This document shows, one piece after another, positions 21,801 to 28,543 of a DNA stretch of 48,244 nucleotides. Made by a program: the position numbers and the translations under genes. The notes below the pieces were generated by a model. The model was not told the origin of the DNA and did not search any database. It worked only from the letters and a program-made list of their open reading frames with translations. Every line of letters begins with the position of its first letter. Position 1 is the first letter of the stretch. This DNA comes from a virus (taxonomy: Duplodnaviria; Caudoviricetes), in the IMG/VR virus record IMGVR_UViG_3300035532_000094, positions 1-48,244 of that record, one strand, 5' to 3'.

Positions 21801-22189
21801 CACTCGTAGGATATGGGATGGCTGGGCTCTTGCTGGGAGCAGTGATGGAAGGTCATGACGAGGACGATGATAAGATTGACAAGCTGCGCAACTACATATA
21901 CTGGTCATTCACCCAGGGTGCAGACTCAGTTCCCCTGATAGGCAGTCAGGTAAGTGAGCTGATCAGGAGTGCGGTGACCGGAGATAATGCACAGTTCTAC
22001 AGCGATGATTTCTATCCCGGCATGACCAAGATACTCAACGGTGCAAAATACCTCACACAGGGGGATATCTCCAAGGCTCTCGAAAACTTCGGGAAGGGAG
22101 CTGGGTACATGGTCGGTTTGCCGGTTAGCGGAGCCCAACAGATAGTGGATGCAGTAAGAGAAGGTCCTGAAGCCTTAATCGGACGATGA
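12818..22189 (+). CDS. Giant internal virion / polyvalent protein (zincin-like peptidase motif, two ART-PolyVal-like ADP-ribosyltransferase domains, further modules)
   Basis: 3123 aa; hydrophobic N-terminal segments; HETFH at 14933-14947 with downstream EEFAA; two VVDE.G.P..VYH.T...G.YF...IKS..N.GT domains; third ejectosome position. Confidence 0.85.
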   Translation: MFNPTNNNDPSQNNLYSMTEGLNSRIDQHIAKASGADKQDPAVMQAQQEQRQRLGIPVTEQEWDIISTTAINSENQEETLTRFATALAFSRDRGISLSSAYANLDNLYEEQLGQKFTPAKTTTRALLDSFQAGRLNMEYSDLAYKFKQADLAGEDTTELLAQLDAMGSEIDSLKDNQPRNVATTALKWTLEGAVPYMLEVGKSALMGATFAGGLGTAFTATTGAVLGSIAAASPYSMAAIMAAGGAVGAVNRTRELMEGVSYLQLRDMGIDKDIANVGSRTYGLLVGAIEAGLGIESGTALKAIGASNLVNTAASKVMARITTSGWLGSLLNGFTKLGINALGEATEEMIEEPLDYLVRHTSHAIQDSREKGSLEPLPDEELLRNTLNAGLRGLVSAVVLGSASSVLDTKVDIDKQAAIRREAAAVPSKEAFVSSMKQQKPDTITTSDWDGAMSDIWDREHSGMRKSSAIESDENAIAELDAEKSEKQATGKVRRLQSGDLYTQEASEVTVSPDGTENRRLLVGDPATSSRYGYIDYGIQGNTITIEDVLVKSGYESIRKEAVLSLAKKYPGYDIQWEPKSESLTAVRDEILAGNPRGNEGGLQYWDGLTNPDERMQIERQIESAMPNLSAPERAVGATLIQMRAEAAGMNTQAYLDASYKDGQLFGNVDDLDVNMQGKRGAVAFDEDLKAIIYAGQKADFSTFAHETFHVSLRQMGQLEQFRSAVTEASQKPEFITWLDEHAELFTDSVFDGMNAQDLADIASGFTKDNWGRRQEEFAARLYEGYLADGKTASSKLQQLFSQIAKWMAQIYTTLKHSVDLDPRIIEVFDSLSDSDSPLASQLATQGTVSQNKEGAQLYQEFVRHSRTDNGMSRSGYAMMVRAEEADTVEQYGPNKFTYNGEDAVFITDIADDIAQAFERTKEQEDLSSTEYGDLSAYENLSGEEFVEQFNPEDIVNTAEAWDDESLVSWLYNEVLEPNGITAIETYNGAVVFDEALLQKADELLYQDDTQSQYDAVADKYRNTDQWMKAPNGNPTNLTERQWVQVRTPSFLEWFGDWINDPGNASKVVDENGEPKAVYHYTSEKFNAFDVSKTRQNMDIPGFYFSDEKSNWKDMGKNLVSAFLNIRNPIDNKPIAKGQGSIIRDNLISEGYDGAITIDEDMEETEYLAFYPTQIKSATDNIGTFDGSNPNILFQEAPPTDSEAFKAWFGESKVVDEEGKPLVVYHGTDAAFTTFSNTGEKLPSLGYGYYFTPDIRKAQQYGANIMPVYISAERLLDWGSLSNEDRSKIIDRLNDKVPESEIAGYGREVRKSFDDTEEGRQAGTKFFEKKKAETENYFHERAKAREERSLDGLKIDVVWMEPGLENASNQDLLALAQQYDIQIAENLGYDAARFGNEIVVFAPTKIKSVNNQGTWDSNNPNILFQDTVRKINNGTLAVLHNITAEKLTEVDKIGGLPSPSLAITKPNIPFTQFGEITLIADPSVAVRAMEESRLYDRDIWSPTVPRAEWKINQKVIDKFDKKIIPVIYKETGKYFSGSDAFSSVDINRGVNSLSDAYKRNLGAQIAFLKDRGIDYELKFKKQKPPLNFPIEIIEENLEYFKSNIFGTENYDTVSEYLRPKVNQYLEKSLAHRKENNPALYENMKNDSLERYLRFGVLDKVFNFAKSYDKDTLVFDEYGTQENISQTIKDNDSDFTSWIKDNIEEAYSNPKIKIGSKKYDYTAENILKWMQSQSQRASQETMTYGPSKAAANAGRPFWNRGEIKESEEFLVTREEQQKQWVERIEPITEQLQDELPNYHKYGTWEALDSIYEAIGRYIEKYGSVRNSANMRKELSAKSFTKVPNYLIEKALDLVGEFTILSQDYFEAKPDRVVSLDEFSVAIIPETINEEQMSVLDKYGITAIKYADESDRQQIVEQVYEQRGSSLLFQDDQDFSESILEEARGFESWQELKAFYEAFADPDNPSSTDDSWYQEVFNQANGITEDADTEQLQEATRQLESEQAKDQYMKDQLATDDGVYAFLRNLGWMLDSSSVQQSAGNQQTYDAIYNVRNMADAIHPSIISNATRAYGGKRPTASSTKRIRTIMTGDAIRYYRDIYADVMEDEELRPAVIDSRLPGIEDPGYRELETMSITERLKLANRIEAAPLRKAILSGKETFDGAAEKVIKDDAIIIGDLNKQISDAEQDIKNLEKNLSEEQQMRIRIAKDYRIGKAELDRELAKLRKLNNDGKDVPKAQSQKVFSLQKSVADMHKEVMKMRKDARLEATIKKHEAVAKLKEQLAEKRKAVAEAKQVRDYKVKLARKIMVKPSDATNYEQAKAIYGIQALIDPNFRRDGVNVAEGGQRVKLTLEEAQEFFSGTSEDEIIDAIGKRNYERLVEERKPLNDWTINELEELANEVAELRHTGRRILAAKRERQVAIAQQYQDSIIRSLMATGKYTDQPIVGTREDQAERQSPKRTLRAMYYATYPMRVKAMMLDGDRQGDAYNLLMLQKRDAQAREWVNVERRLKPFYDAMKELGFTYKDLYETVPIDLDMHKNWNMPYSQLMYGWLSQYNQDNRNAIAYGTFVTQEEKASLSHDSKLIQVLGDQRYNSFLEQAEYYLYSDEHGGKYGKLLEVIRESLNGDAERINEVAIREFNKPMRHVEQYLPILRLAFNGEDMAEQVAEDLFNQNAGGMRTSVEKGFMTDRIFISPDHQKPVNMDLISVLDQSVRNQEHFIAFAEYGRKLNRVFKDRGSDDLKHVITRTLGSEMMDDINDYINQVINPTQRTELHNLQKGIRFMRGNLGAAYLSFKPSSVLLQLITSPWPSVIDVKPKYLIQGYLQLLKHPVETVQEINERSPMMKNRTMNVIIDEILKQARAIGDPKIMQQIARIQEVGSLGLTYADRYSVAGQWMGAFHQRMDELNAEGIASEKAEQMATVYADNILLKTQPTGDRTELAPLFNTRNEFVRSFIQFTTSLNVIWSNITYDMRVAANDSMNKTMPDDVRKTQFSKVIGTLVGYGMAGLLLGAVMEGHDEDDDKIDKLRNYIYWSFTQGADSVPLIGSQVSELIRSAVTGDNAQFYSDDFYPGMTKILNGAKYLTQGDISKALENFGKGAGYMVGLPVSGAQQIVDAVREGPEALIGR
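15389..18603 (+). repeat. Five short in-frame direct repeats at module boundaries
   Basis: TGTATCAGGA at 15390 and 15831; TCCTCTTCCAGGA at 16392, 17082 and 18591; all encode L-[YF]-Q-[DE]. Confidence 0.85.
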
Positions 22190-22214
22190 CGGATAAAGAA
22201 GGAGACATAATGAT

Positions 22215-23648
22215 ATGATAGGCAATGTAATCAACAAGGAGCGGTACACAATACTCTCCACCACCCCCTCGGTAAGCGGATACAGCATCCCTTTCAAATA
22301 CTGGGACAAGTCACAGATCAGCGTAGTACTCACAAGCAGTGCAGGCGTTGAGACAACCGTGGACAGCGCTTCCTATACAGTGACCAGCCCAGCTGACTCA
22401 GGCACCCTTGCCTTTGTTGCCGGCTACACCTTCCCAGAAGGCACAGCCTTGCTGACCGTGGTAAGGACAGTAACCATCGAACAGCAGACAGACCTGAGAA
22501 ACGGTGACGTACTCGATGCAGACACGCTTGAGAATATGTTCGACACGAATGTGGCTATGCTCCAAGAGCTGAACGAGAAGCTGGACAGGACGGTTCGCAT
22601 ACCCGTTTCAGATCCTTCACTCATCCTCCAGATGCCATCCTCTCTCATCAGGGCAAACATGCTCCTAGGATTCGATGCAAGCGGGAACATCATTCCAGTC
22701 CTCACCAGTGAAATTGAACAGAATCTCGCAGAGGCATTGGCTGCCGAGGCATCAGTGGACGAGATGTACAATGATGCAGGCATGGTTGCTGTACGCACTG
22801 ATATGGCCGTTCCTGAGACATCGAAGATACAGGCGGTTGCTGCAAACAAAACAAACATCGATACCGTTGCTGGTAATATTGCAAATGTGAACATCGTCGG
22901 TGGTGACATGGCCAATGTGAATGCCGTGGCAGGCAACAAGACGAACATAGACGCCGTCAATGCGAATAAGGCCAACATTGACGCAGTAGCAGCGAATAAG
23001 AGTAATATCGATGCTGTTAATGCAAACAAGACAAATATCGATGCTGTTGCTGCCAATGAGTCAGATATTGATAAGGTGGCATTGAACGAAGCTGACATTG
23101 ATGTGGTGGCTGCAGACCTGAATCTTGGAGTATCTTCAAAGATAAAGATCGTAGCGGACGACAAGACCAACATAGACGCGGTTGCGGCAAACAAGACCAA
23201 CATCGATGCTGTTGCAGGCAACGAAGTTAACATCAATGCTGTAAATGCAAACAAGGCCAATATCGACGATGTAGCAAGTAACGGTATCAATATTGCGGTA
23301 GCAGCAAACAAAAGCAGTGAGATCACTGTTGTGGCTACAAACATAGAGGCAGTACAGGACGCTTCTGAAAACATGCTTGCAATCATTGATGCTCCAACAC
23401 AGGCGACCCTTGCATCACAGGCACGGGACAAGGCTGAGAAATGGGCGGATGAAGCTGAGGATACCGAAGTAGAACCCAGCCAGTACTCTGCAAAGCATCA
23501 TGCCTTGAAAGCGGAAGCATCAGCTGCAAGCGCACATCTTGCCGATGCTGCCGCAAACAAGCAGATAACCATTGACGGAAAATTATACCAATACGCTCTG
23601 GTATATGAGAAAGGTCATCTAATACGTAGATTTACGGAGGTAATCTAA
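22215..23648 (+). CDS. Tail fibre protein
   Basis: T7-like fibre adaptor N-terminus (YSIPFKYW, LTVVR, TLENMFD) then many ANKTNIDAVA repeats; YSAKH motif. Confidence 0.8.
   Translation: MIGNVINKERYTILSTTPSVSGYSIPFKYWDKSQISVVLTSSAGVETTVDSASYTVTSPADSGTLAFVAGYTFPEGTALLTVVRTVTIEQQTDLRNGDVLDADTLENMFDTNVAMLQELNEKLDRTVRIPVSDPSLILQMPSSLIRANMLLGFDASGNIIPVLTSEIEQNLAEALAAEASVDEMYNDAGMVAVRTDMAVPETSKIQAVAANKTNIDTVAGNIANVNIVGGDMANVNAVAGNKTNIDAVNANKANIDAVAANKSNIDAVNANKTNIDAVAANESDIDKVALNEADIDVVAADLNLGVSSKIKIVADDKTNIDAVAANKTNIDAVAGNEVNINAVNANKANIDDVASNGINIAVAANKSSEITVVATNIEAVQDASENMLAIIDAPTQATLASQARDKAEKWADEAEDTEVEPSQYSAKHHALKAEASAASAHLADAAANKQITIDGKLYQYALVYEKGHLIRRFTEVI
22827..23350 (+). repeat. About 30-bp (decapeptide) tandem repeats in tail fibre shaft
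   Basis: Repeated [AN]ANK[TAS]NIDAV units, synonymously diverged in DNA. Confidence 0.85.
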
Positions 23649-24022
23649 TGGGAATAATATTCGATTTGATTCAGCCTAACGGTGCCCAGATGCAGAATCT
23701 GGTGGATAAACCTGTCGGGCATGAGCCATTGTTCAGGGAGCAGGCTGCAAAGATTGCTCCAGTAGTGACTGTGCAAACCATCTCTTCCACAAAGGCTGCT
23801 CTTCCAGGTACACCGCTTGCAAGCAGAAACCAGATGATAATCAGGAATCTCGATCCTGTAAGAACCCTGAGAATCGGGACAGAGTCAACCGTGACAGCAA
23901 AAGTGGGGAGACTTATTGAACCACTTGAAGAGCTGACCTTGTTGTTTGACACAGCTACCGCTGTAGCGGTCTGGGCTGTAGCAACGGGAGCAGAATTGAA
24001 GGTGGAGGTAATTGAATCATGA
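23648..24022 (+). CDS. Tail-associated beta-rich protein
   Basis: 124 aa, coupled to fibre gene, between fibre and Mtd-like gene. Confidence 0.55.
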   Translation: MGIIFDLIQPNGAQMQNLVDKPVGHEPLFREQAAKIAPVVTVQTISSTKAALPGTPLASRNQMIIRNLDPVRTLRIGTESTVTAKVGRLIEPLEELTLLFDTATAVAVWAVATGAELKVEVIES

Positions 24023-24243
24023 CCTATACAACAACGAATGTAGGCGGGAACAAATGGCTTGTTTCTGTGGATTTCACTGATGAAGGCGTTGCAGCCAATG
24101 CGAGCAATCACATTGTAGGAACGCAGGAACAGGCAAACGCTTATGCAGCGACACTTGCCAGGGATTTCAGAAGCAACAATATGGAATTGTTCCCCCTTCC
24201 TGAGGTTGAGGAACACGACCCGATGATGGAGGAATTTGTATGA
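24019..24243 (+). CDS. Small tail-associated hypothetical protein
   Basis: ATGA-coupled on both sides; RBS GGAGG. Confidence 0.55.
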   Translation: MTYTTTNVGGNKWLVSVDFTDEGVAANASNHIVGTQEQANAYAATLARDFRSNNMELFPLPEVEEHDPMMEEFV

Positions 24244-25472
24244 AATACACAAGCGGGCGTTATACGTCCAAGCAACTGATGGACAACATCATAGATGTAG
24301 AGAATGCTCTCACCAGAAAGGCACTTGCTGGTACGTCTCTTGCCATCGACGACGAGACATTGCAGGCAGATTTCAAGGCCCGCATAGAGGATTTGTCGCT
24401 CGGGCGGAATACTGTCATTTTCGATGCAAACAACAAGCCGTCCGTGTACACGATATACAAGCCGGATGAGAAAGCAAGGCTGGATTATCTAAATAATGGT
24501 GGTACTCACTTCACTAAAAGTGATGGTCTGCATCCTGCATTCATCGTGAATGGCAATGTCGTGGAGATTCTTATCGGAAAGTATCTCGCAGGACGTGTCG
24601 GAGGGACGAATCACGCAGTATCACTAAGAGGTCTCGATCCCGCAAGCACCATCAATTTTGATTCATCACTTTCCTTGTGTGCAGCAAAGGGTGCAGGGCA
24701 CCATCTCATGACGCAGGCTGAATGGGCATACCTTTCTCTGCTCGCAATCCGTGAAGGATACCAGCCGAGAGGGAATGACTACTATGGCAAGAGCTATCAG
24801 GATGAAACTGAAAAAGCTATTGCATCATATCACTACAATTCAAGCGGCACAAACCATACAGGACGTACAAGAACCGGTAGTGGACCCGTAGGATGGCATC
24901 TAGACGGTACTCCATTCTCCCCTGCTGACCTCAGAGGGAATGTACGCGAGTGGAACGGTGGATATCGCATCAATGAAGGCGAACTGCAGGTAATCCAGGA
25001 CAACAACGCAGCTGACAACACCAAGGACCAGAGCGCTTCATCCTTGCTATGGAAGGCTATCCTGCAAGATGGGTCTTTGGTAGCACCTGCAACCACAGAT
25101 ACGTACAAGTGGGATTATGTAAGCGCGGCTCCTGCAGAAGGTTCAGCACCATTCCTGTTGAATATTGCAAAAGACAATCCTCCAGCAGATGGAACCCCTT
25201 ACGGTGCTCAAGCATTCTCAGCGCTTGTGGCAAAAGACGGAGTCACCATCCACGACCTCTTGCGTGTGCTTGGCATCATGCCTCCCCTTGCCAACGCTCC
25301 GCTGGGAACACAGTACATGCGAAACGTGGGTGAACGCTTCGGCAGCGCTGGTGGCACCTGGTACAACACGTCGGGCGCTGGGCTCGAGTGTCGCGGCGCG
25401 GAATACGGGCGCGCGAGCTCGTACTACTACATCGGTTTCCGTCCCGCTTTTTATCGGGAACTGACCAACTGA
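24240..25472 (+). CDS. mtd: Receptor-binding protein, Mtd-like (FGE-type C-lectin fold), DGR target
   Basis: HPAFIVNG, IGKY, HLMTQAEW, DLRGNVREW and C-terminal GGTW...IGFRPA motifs of DGR target proteins. Confidence 0.85.
   Translation: MKYTSGRYTSKQLMDNIIDVENALTRKALAGTSLAIDDETLQADFKARIEDLSLGRNTVIFDANNKPSVYTIYKPDEKARLDYLNNGGTHFTKSDGLHPAFIVNGNVVEILIGKYLAGRVGGTNHAVSLRGLDPASTINFDSSLSLCAAKGAGHHLMTQAEWAYLSLLAIREGYQPRGNDYYGKSYQDETEKAIASYHYNSSGTNHTGRTRTGSGPVGWHLDGTPFSPADLRGNVREWNGGYRINEGELQVIQDNNAADNTKDQSASSLLWKAILQDGSLVAPATTDTYKWDYVSAAPAEGSAPFLLNIAKDNPPADGTPYGAQAFSALVAKDGVTIHDLLRVLGIMPPLANAPLGTQYMRNVGERFGSAGGTWYNTSGAGLECRGAEYGRASSYYYIGFRPAFYRELTN
25335..25450 (+). other. DGR variable region (VR)
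   Basis: NNC codons at positions expected from AAC template codons (AGC, ACC, TAC, AAC, GGC, GGC, TAC, AGC, TAC-TAC-TAC) within a GC-rich, A-poor scaffold ending ATC GGT TTC CGT CCC GCT. Confidence 0.8.
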
Positions 25473-25489
25473 TTACTGGAGACTGAAAT

Positions 25490-25645
25490 ATGGGTAATAC
25501 ATTGATTGCTTACCAAAAGTGGGAGGACATGGCTGAATACATCCTCAAGTGTGTAGTGACACAGCTCCCAAAGAGTGAGCGTTACGCGCTTGGGGAACAG
25601 ATGCGGAATCTTACGGTAGGTATCGGGGAGGTACTACGGAGGTGA
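25490..25645 (+). pseudogene. avd: Truncated DGR accessory variability determinant
   Basis: Not in ORF track; MGNTLIAYQKWEDMAEYILKCVVTQLPKSERYALGEQMRN matches the Avd N-terminal pattern; stops at 51 aa, about half normal length. Confidence 0.8.
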
Positions 25646-25646
25646 T

Positions 25647-25895
25647 ATGAAACGCTTAATAATGCTTATTGAGAATCTATTAGTAAACCACATCGACAAA
25701 GTAGCACATTTTGCCATCATCTATGGCTTGGTCTACACGCTTGCAGACAAGTGGGATATTAACGGAGCAATCGCTGTAGGAATCCTTGTGGGTGTGGCAA
25801 AGGAAATTTGGGACAAGCTGACAGACGGTAAATTGTCCATTGTTGATTTGGTTTTTGATGTGTTGGGGATTCTAACGGCGATACTGATACTATAA
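25647..25895 (+). CDS. Small membrane protein, VanZ-like
   Basis: DKVAHF, KEIWD and DLVFDVLG motifs; three hydrophobic segments. Confidence 0.6.
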   Translation: MKRLIMLIENLLVNHIDKVAHFAIIYGLVYTLADKWDINGAIAVGILVGVAKEIWDKLTDGKLSIVDLVFDVLGILTAILIL

Positions 25896-25905
25896 GGAGT
25901 AACAT

Positions 25906-26202
25906 ATGTGGAACACAATAGCATGGTTGGGTGTAGGGAGTGCGGTGGTCGCCTCCCTCATGGAGCTCATCAAGTTCAAGGCATACAATAACAAGGCAAC
26001 GAAGGTCAAGATGACCCTCCTCGGCTTGCTGTTCTCGGGTGTACTATCGCCTGTATTATACTTTGGATTCGCCTTACTCGGCACACCAGTTGCTATGGTG
26101 CTGTATTGGATTATCATGTTCATCGTACAGAAGTACTTGGATATGAAGGCAATCAGACCGATAATCAAAAGCATCATACAAAAGAAGATGGAGAAACTAT
26201 AA
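25906..26202 (+). CDS. Putative holin
   Basis: 98 aa, three predicted TM segments, basic C-terminus, last gene of the late operon. Confidence 0.5.
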   Translation: MWNTIAWLGVGSAVVASLMELIKFKAYNNKATKVKMTLLGLLFSGVLSPVLYFGFALLGTPVAMVLYWIIMFIVQKYLDMKAIRPIIKSIIQKKMEKL

Positions 26203-26233
26203 AGAAAAGCCCCTTGATTGGGGCCTTTCTTTT
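26201..26233. terminator. Bidirectional intrinsic terminator between the two arms
   Basis: AAAGAAAA-GCCCC-TTGATT-GGGGC-CTTTCTTTT between convergent stops. Confidence 0.85.
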
Positions 26234-26516
26234 ACTCGGGTTCCACGTATGTCTTGATGTAATACGTATTCTCCCTGCCTTGGTGTTGTTCCCACTTCTC
26301 TATGGTGGTAGTCAACTTGACTTGGTTGATACCCATCGTTCTGATGGCTTCCACAAGGTCATCCTCGGGTGCTATGTCGAGCGTGGGTCTCGTGGGGGGC
26401 GGGTCGAAGTCCGTGAACAGAACCTTGTTCGTGGGGGTCGTGACCGGAGTGGTACAGCTACTGAGTATTAAAATCAGTGCTATGCTGATTGATAATATGA
26501 ATAATTTCCTTTGCAT
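26232..26516 (-). CDS. Lipoprotein, o-spanin (Rz1-like) candidate
   Basis: Signal peptide with lipobox LSSC; Pro-rich mature part; start lies inside the upstream TM/coiled-coil gene. Confidence 0.6.
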   Translation of the reverse strand: MQRKLFILSISIALILILSSCTTPVTTPTNKVLFTDFDPPPTRPTLDIAPEDDLVEAIRTMGINQVKLTTTIEKWEQHQGRENTYYIKTYVEPE

Positions 26517-26745
26517 CCTTACCCTCCTTTAACTCGTCTATCTGCTCATCTTCTTTCTGGTTGATTTCTTTCTCAACCACAACCTTCTCCACAAGGGCCT
26601 CACTCTTGGCTTCCTTTATGTTCTTCTCTTGTTTAAGAACCTTTATCTCCGTTTCCTGTTTCTTGACCTTCTTCTGTAAGTGCGTTACAAAGAGCGTCAC
26701 CACTAGGACAATCACACCGCCTACAGCGGTCAGTATCTCAATCAT
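26458..26745 (-). CDS. i-spanin (Rz-like) candidate
   Basis: Single N-terminal TM helix then K/E coiled coil; RBS GGAGG; overlaps the lipoprotein gene by 59 nt. Confidence 0.55.
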   Translation of the reverse strand: MIEILTAVGGVIVLVVTLFVTHLQKKVKKQETEIKVLKQEKNIKEAKSEALVEKVVVEKEINQKEDEQIDELKEGKDAKEIIHIINQHSTDFNTQ

Positions 26746-26783
26746 CTTCATCACCTCCAAAGTCAAACCAAATCTGACCAGTT

Positions 26784-27083
26784 TCATCGATAATCATTCA
26801 CCACCTCCTTGAATTTCTCAAATGAATCAACTACTACCGCAGTACCACCTGCACGCTGAATACGTTCTATCTGTGCTTTCTGGATGTCACTGACACGACC
26901 TTTACCATCGGGTCTCTTGAGTTCCACCGCAACGAAGTGACCATTGATACACATGAGAATATCCGGCACACCGCTTGCTTGTACGGCAGAACCTACTACT
27001 TTCAAAACCCAAACCTCCGGCAGGGTCTTAACCCACCGGAGGCATTCTTTCTGTAGGTCGCCTTCGAGCTTAGAGGTCGTCAT
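26784..27083 (-). CDS. VRR-NUC family nuclease (resolvase-like)
   Basis: E..LQ, SGVPDI, FVAVELK, S..Q motifs of the PD-(D/E)xK VRR-NUC family. Confidence 0.85.
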   Translation of the reverse strand: MTTSKLEGDLQKECLRWVKTLPEVWVLKVVGSAVQASGVPDILMCINGHFVAVELKRPDGKGRVSDIQKAQIERIQRAGGTAVVVDSFEKFKEVVNDYR

Positions 27084-27465
27084 CTTCCTCTACTTCATCG
27101 TCCTCTACCAACTCAATAAGGTACTTGATGTTGGCGAATGTGCCACCCTTCTTGCCCTCGTTGTGTTTAATCATGGCCTTGAACCGCTTGTTCAAGAACA
27201 GCCCTTCCAAGTCATCGGGTGAAATCTCAGTGCCTTCCTCGGCAGTGCCACCCAAGGCAACATCGCAACGCTTACCGAGGATGTCGACAGCCACAGGATG
27301 GTCGAACTTCAACTGCTCTCTGAGGGTTGCACCATTGTCTGCGCTATATATGAACTCCACAAGGGAAGGTCTGCCACTCGGCAGGAGCTTCACGCTTGTC
27401 ACTGTGAGAATCTGTTCGCCTTCTGGAACCAACTGATAACCGCTTTTCTTGATGGTAATGTTCAT
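27070..27465 (-). CDS. Putative single-stranded DNA-binding protein
   Basis: LVPEG start, beta-rich, acidic tail DDEVEEDDDL, next to recombination genes. Confidence 0.6.
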   Translation of the reverse strand: MNITIKKSGYQLVPEGEQILTVTSVKLLPSGRPSLVEFIYSADNGATLREQLKFDHPVAVDILGKRCDVALGGTAEEGTEISPDDLEGLFLNKRFKAMIKHNEGKKGGTFANIKYLIELVEDDEVEEDDDL

Positions 27466-27466
27466 A

Positions 27467-28543
27467 CTATTTTTCTCCTTTCTTCTTGAGCGTATAGGTT
27501 ACGCTCTTCTTCGTATATTGTTCATACAGTCCGTCTTTCTTCAATGCGGATGTATCCACAGAACTTCTCTCACTCTTGGTCAGAGTCCAGTTCCCAACCT
27601 CAACCTTCGTGGAGTCCTCAGCCATTCCCTCACTGAGTGTCCGCTTGAGAGCGTCCTTGAGGGCCTTGATTTCAGTCTCCAACGTATCCAATCCATGCTT
27701 CTCCCTTAGGGAAGCAAGCTCCGCCTCTTTTGCATCCAAGAGCGTAATCATCGAACCAAGAGAAGTGTCCTCATCCTCGTCCGGCTTCTCCGTCTTGAGT
27801 GCCTTGATGATGGTCTCGTCAGCCTTGTGGTCAATCTCGGGGGAGATTCCGGTCTCCACATATGACTCCCACCACTGCTCGGCATAGGCCATCAACTCAG
27901 AGATTGTAGTGGGTTCACCATCGAACATCACTGTTGCTGTCTCTGTATCAAAAGTATACAGCCTTACGTTCTCTCCGTCAATAGGGACGAAGCGGTCGGG
28001 GTGCATATAGTCCTCGTCATCAAGGAAAGCTCCGATTACGAAGGTTCTCTTTGCTCCCTCAAGGTGTCCATACTGCAACGCCTGCACCAACTTCTCATCG
28101 GGAACACCATCACCCCAATCCTGCGCACGTCCTGTGGTCTTGATTTCTATGACCGCAACCGTCTCGTTGTTGATGTTGACAACCTTTGCGTCCCACATGC
28201 CACCGAATACCTTGCTCTGTCCCTTATAGAAATCGTACTGCCTCTTGACCTCGGGCCACATGTTGCCGTAGAACTCGGCAGGACTCTTGACACCATTACC
28301 GAACTGCTCCTTAGCCCAATCGATAAGGATAGGCTCGATGGCATTTCCTGCTTGGGTGTATTTGTTCTCGGTGAAGGGTTCCTTATACACTCTACAGATT
28401 TCACACCATACTGCAAACGGACTCTTCCATGGATTCAAGCCGAGTGCGCTTCCAAGTCTTGTGGCCGTAACCTTCAATGGTCGTTTCTGTGGTTCATCCA
28501 AGATAACTCTTGTTCTCTCTTTATTAAATCGCCAGTCCATCAT
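27467..28543 (-). CDS. YqaJ/lambda-exonuclease-like recombination nuclease
   Basis: ALGLNPWKSPF, GNAIEP, D...IEIKT, QALQY motifs. Confidence 0.85.
   Translation of the reverse strand: MMDWRFNKERTRVILDEPQKRPLKVTATRLGSALGLNPWKSPFAVWCEICRVYKEPFTENKYTQAGNAIEPILIDWAKEQFGNGVKSPAEFYGNMWPEVKRQYDFYKGQSKVFGGMWDAKVVNINNETVAVIEIKTTGRAQDWGDGVPDEKLVQALQYGHLEGAKRTFVIGAFLDDEDYMHPDRFVPIDGENVRLYTFDTETATVMFDGEPTTISELMAYAEQWWESYVETGISPEIDHKADETIIKALKTEKPDEDEDTSLGSMITLLDAKEAELASLREKHGLDTLETEIKALKDALKRTLSEGMAEDSTKVEVGNWTLTKSERSSVDTSALKKDGLYEQYTKKSVTYTLKKKGEK

Noticed and set aside
22424-23431. 335-aa - strand repetitive ORF
   Set aside because: Mirror of the tail-fibre repeats
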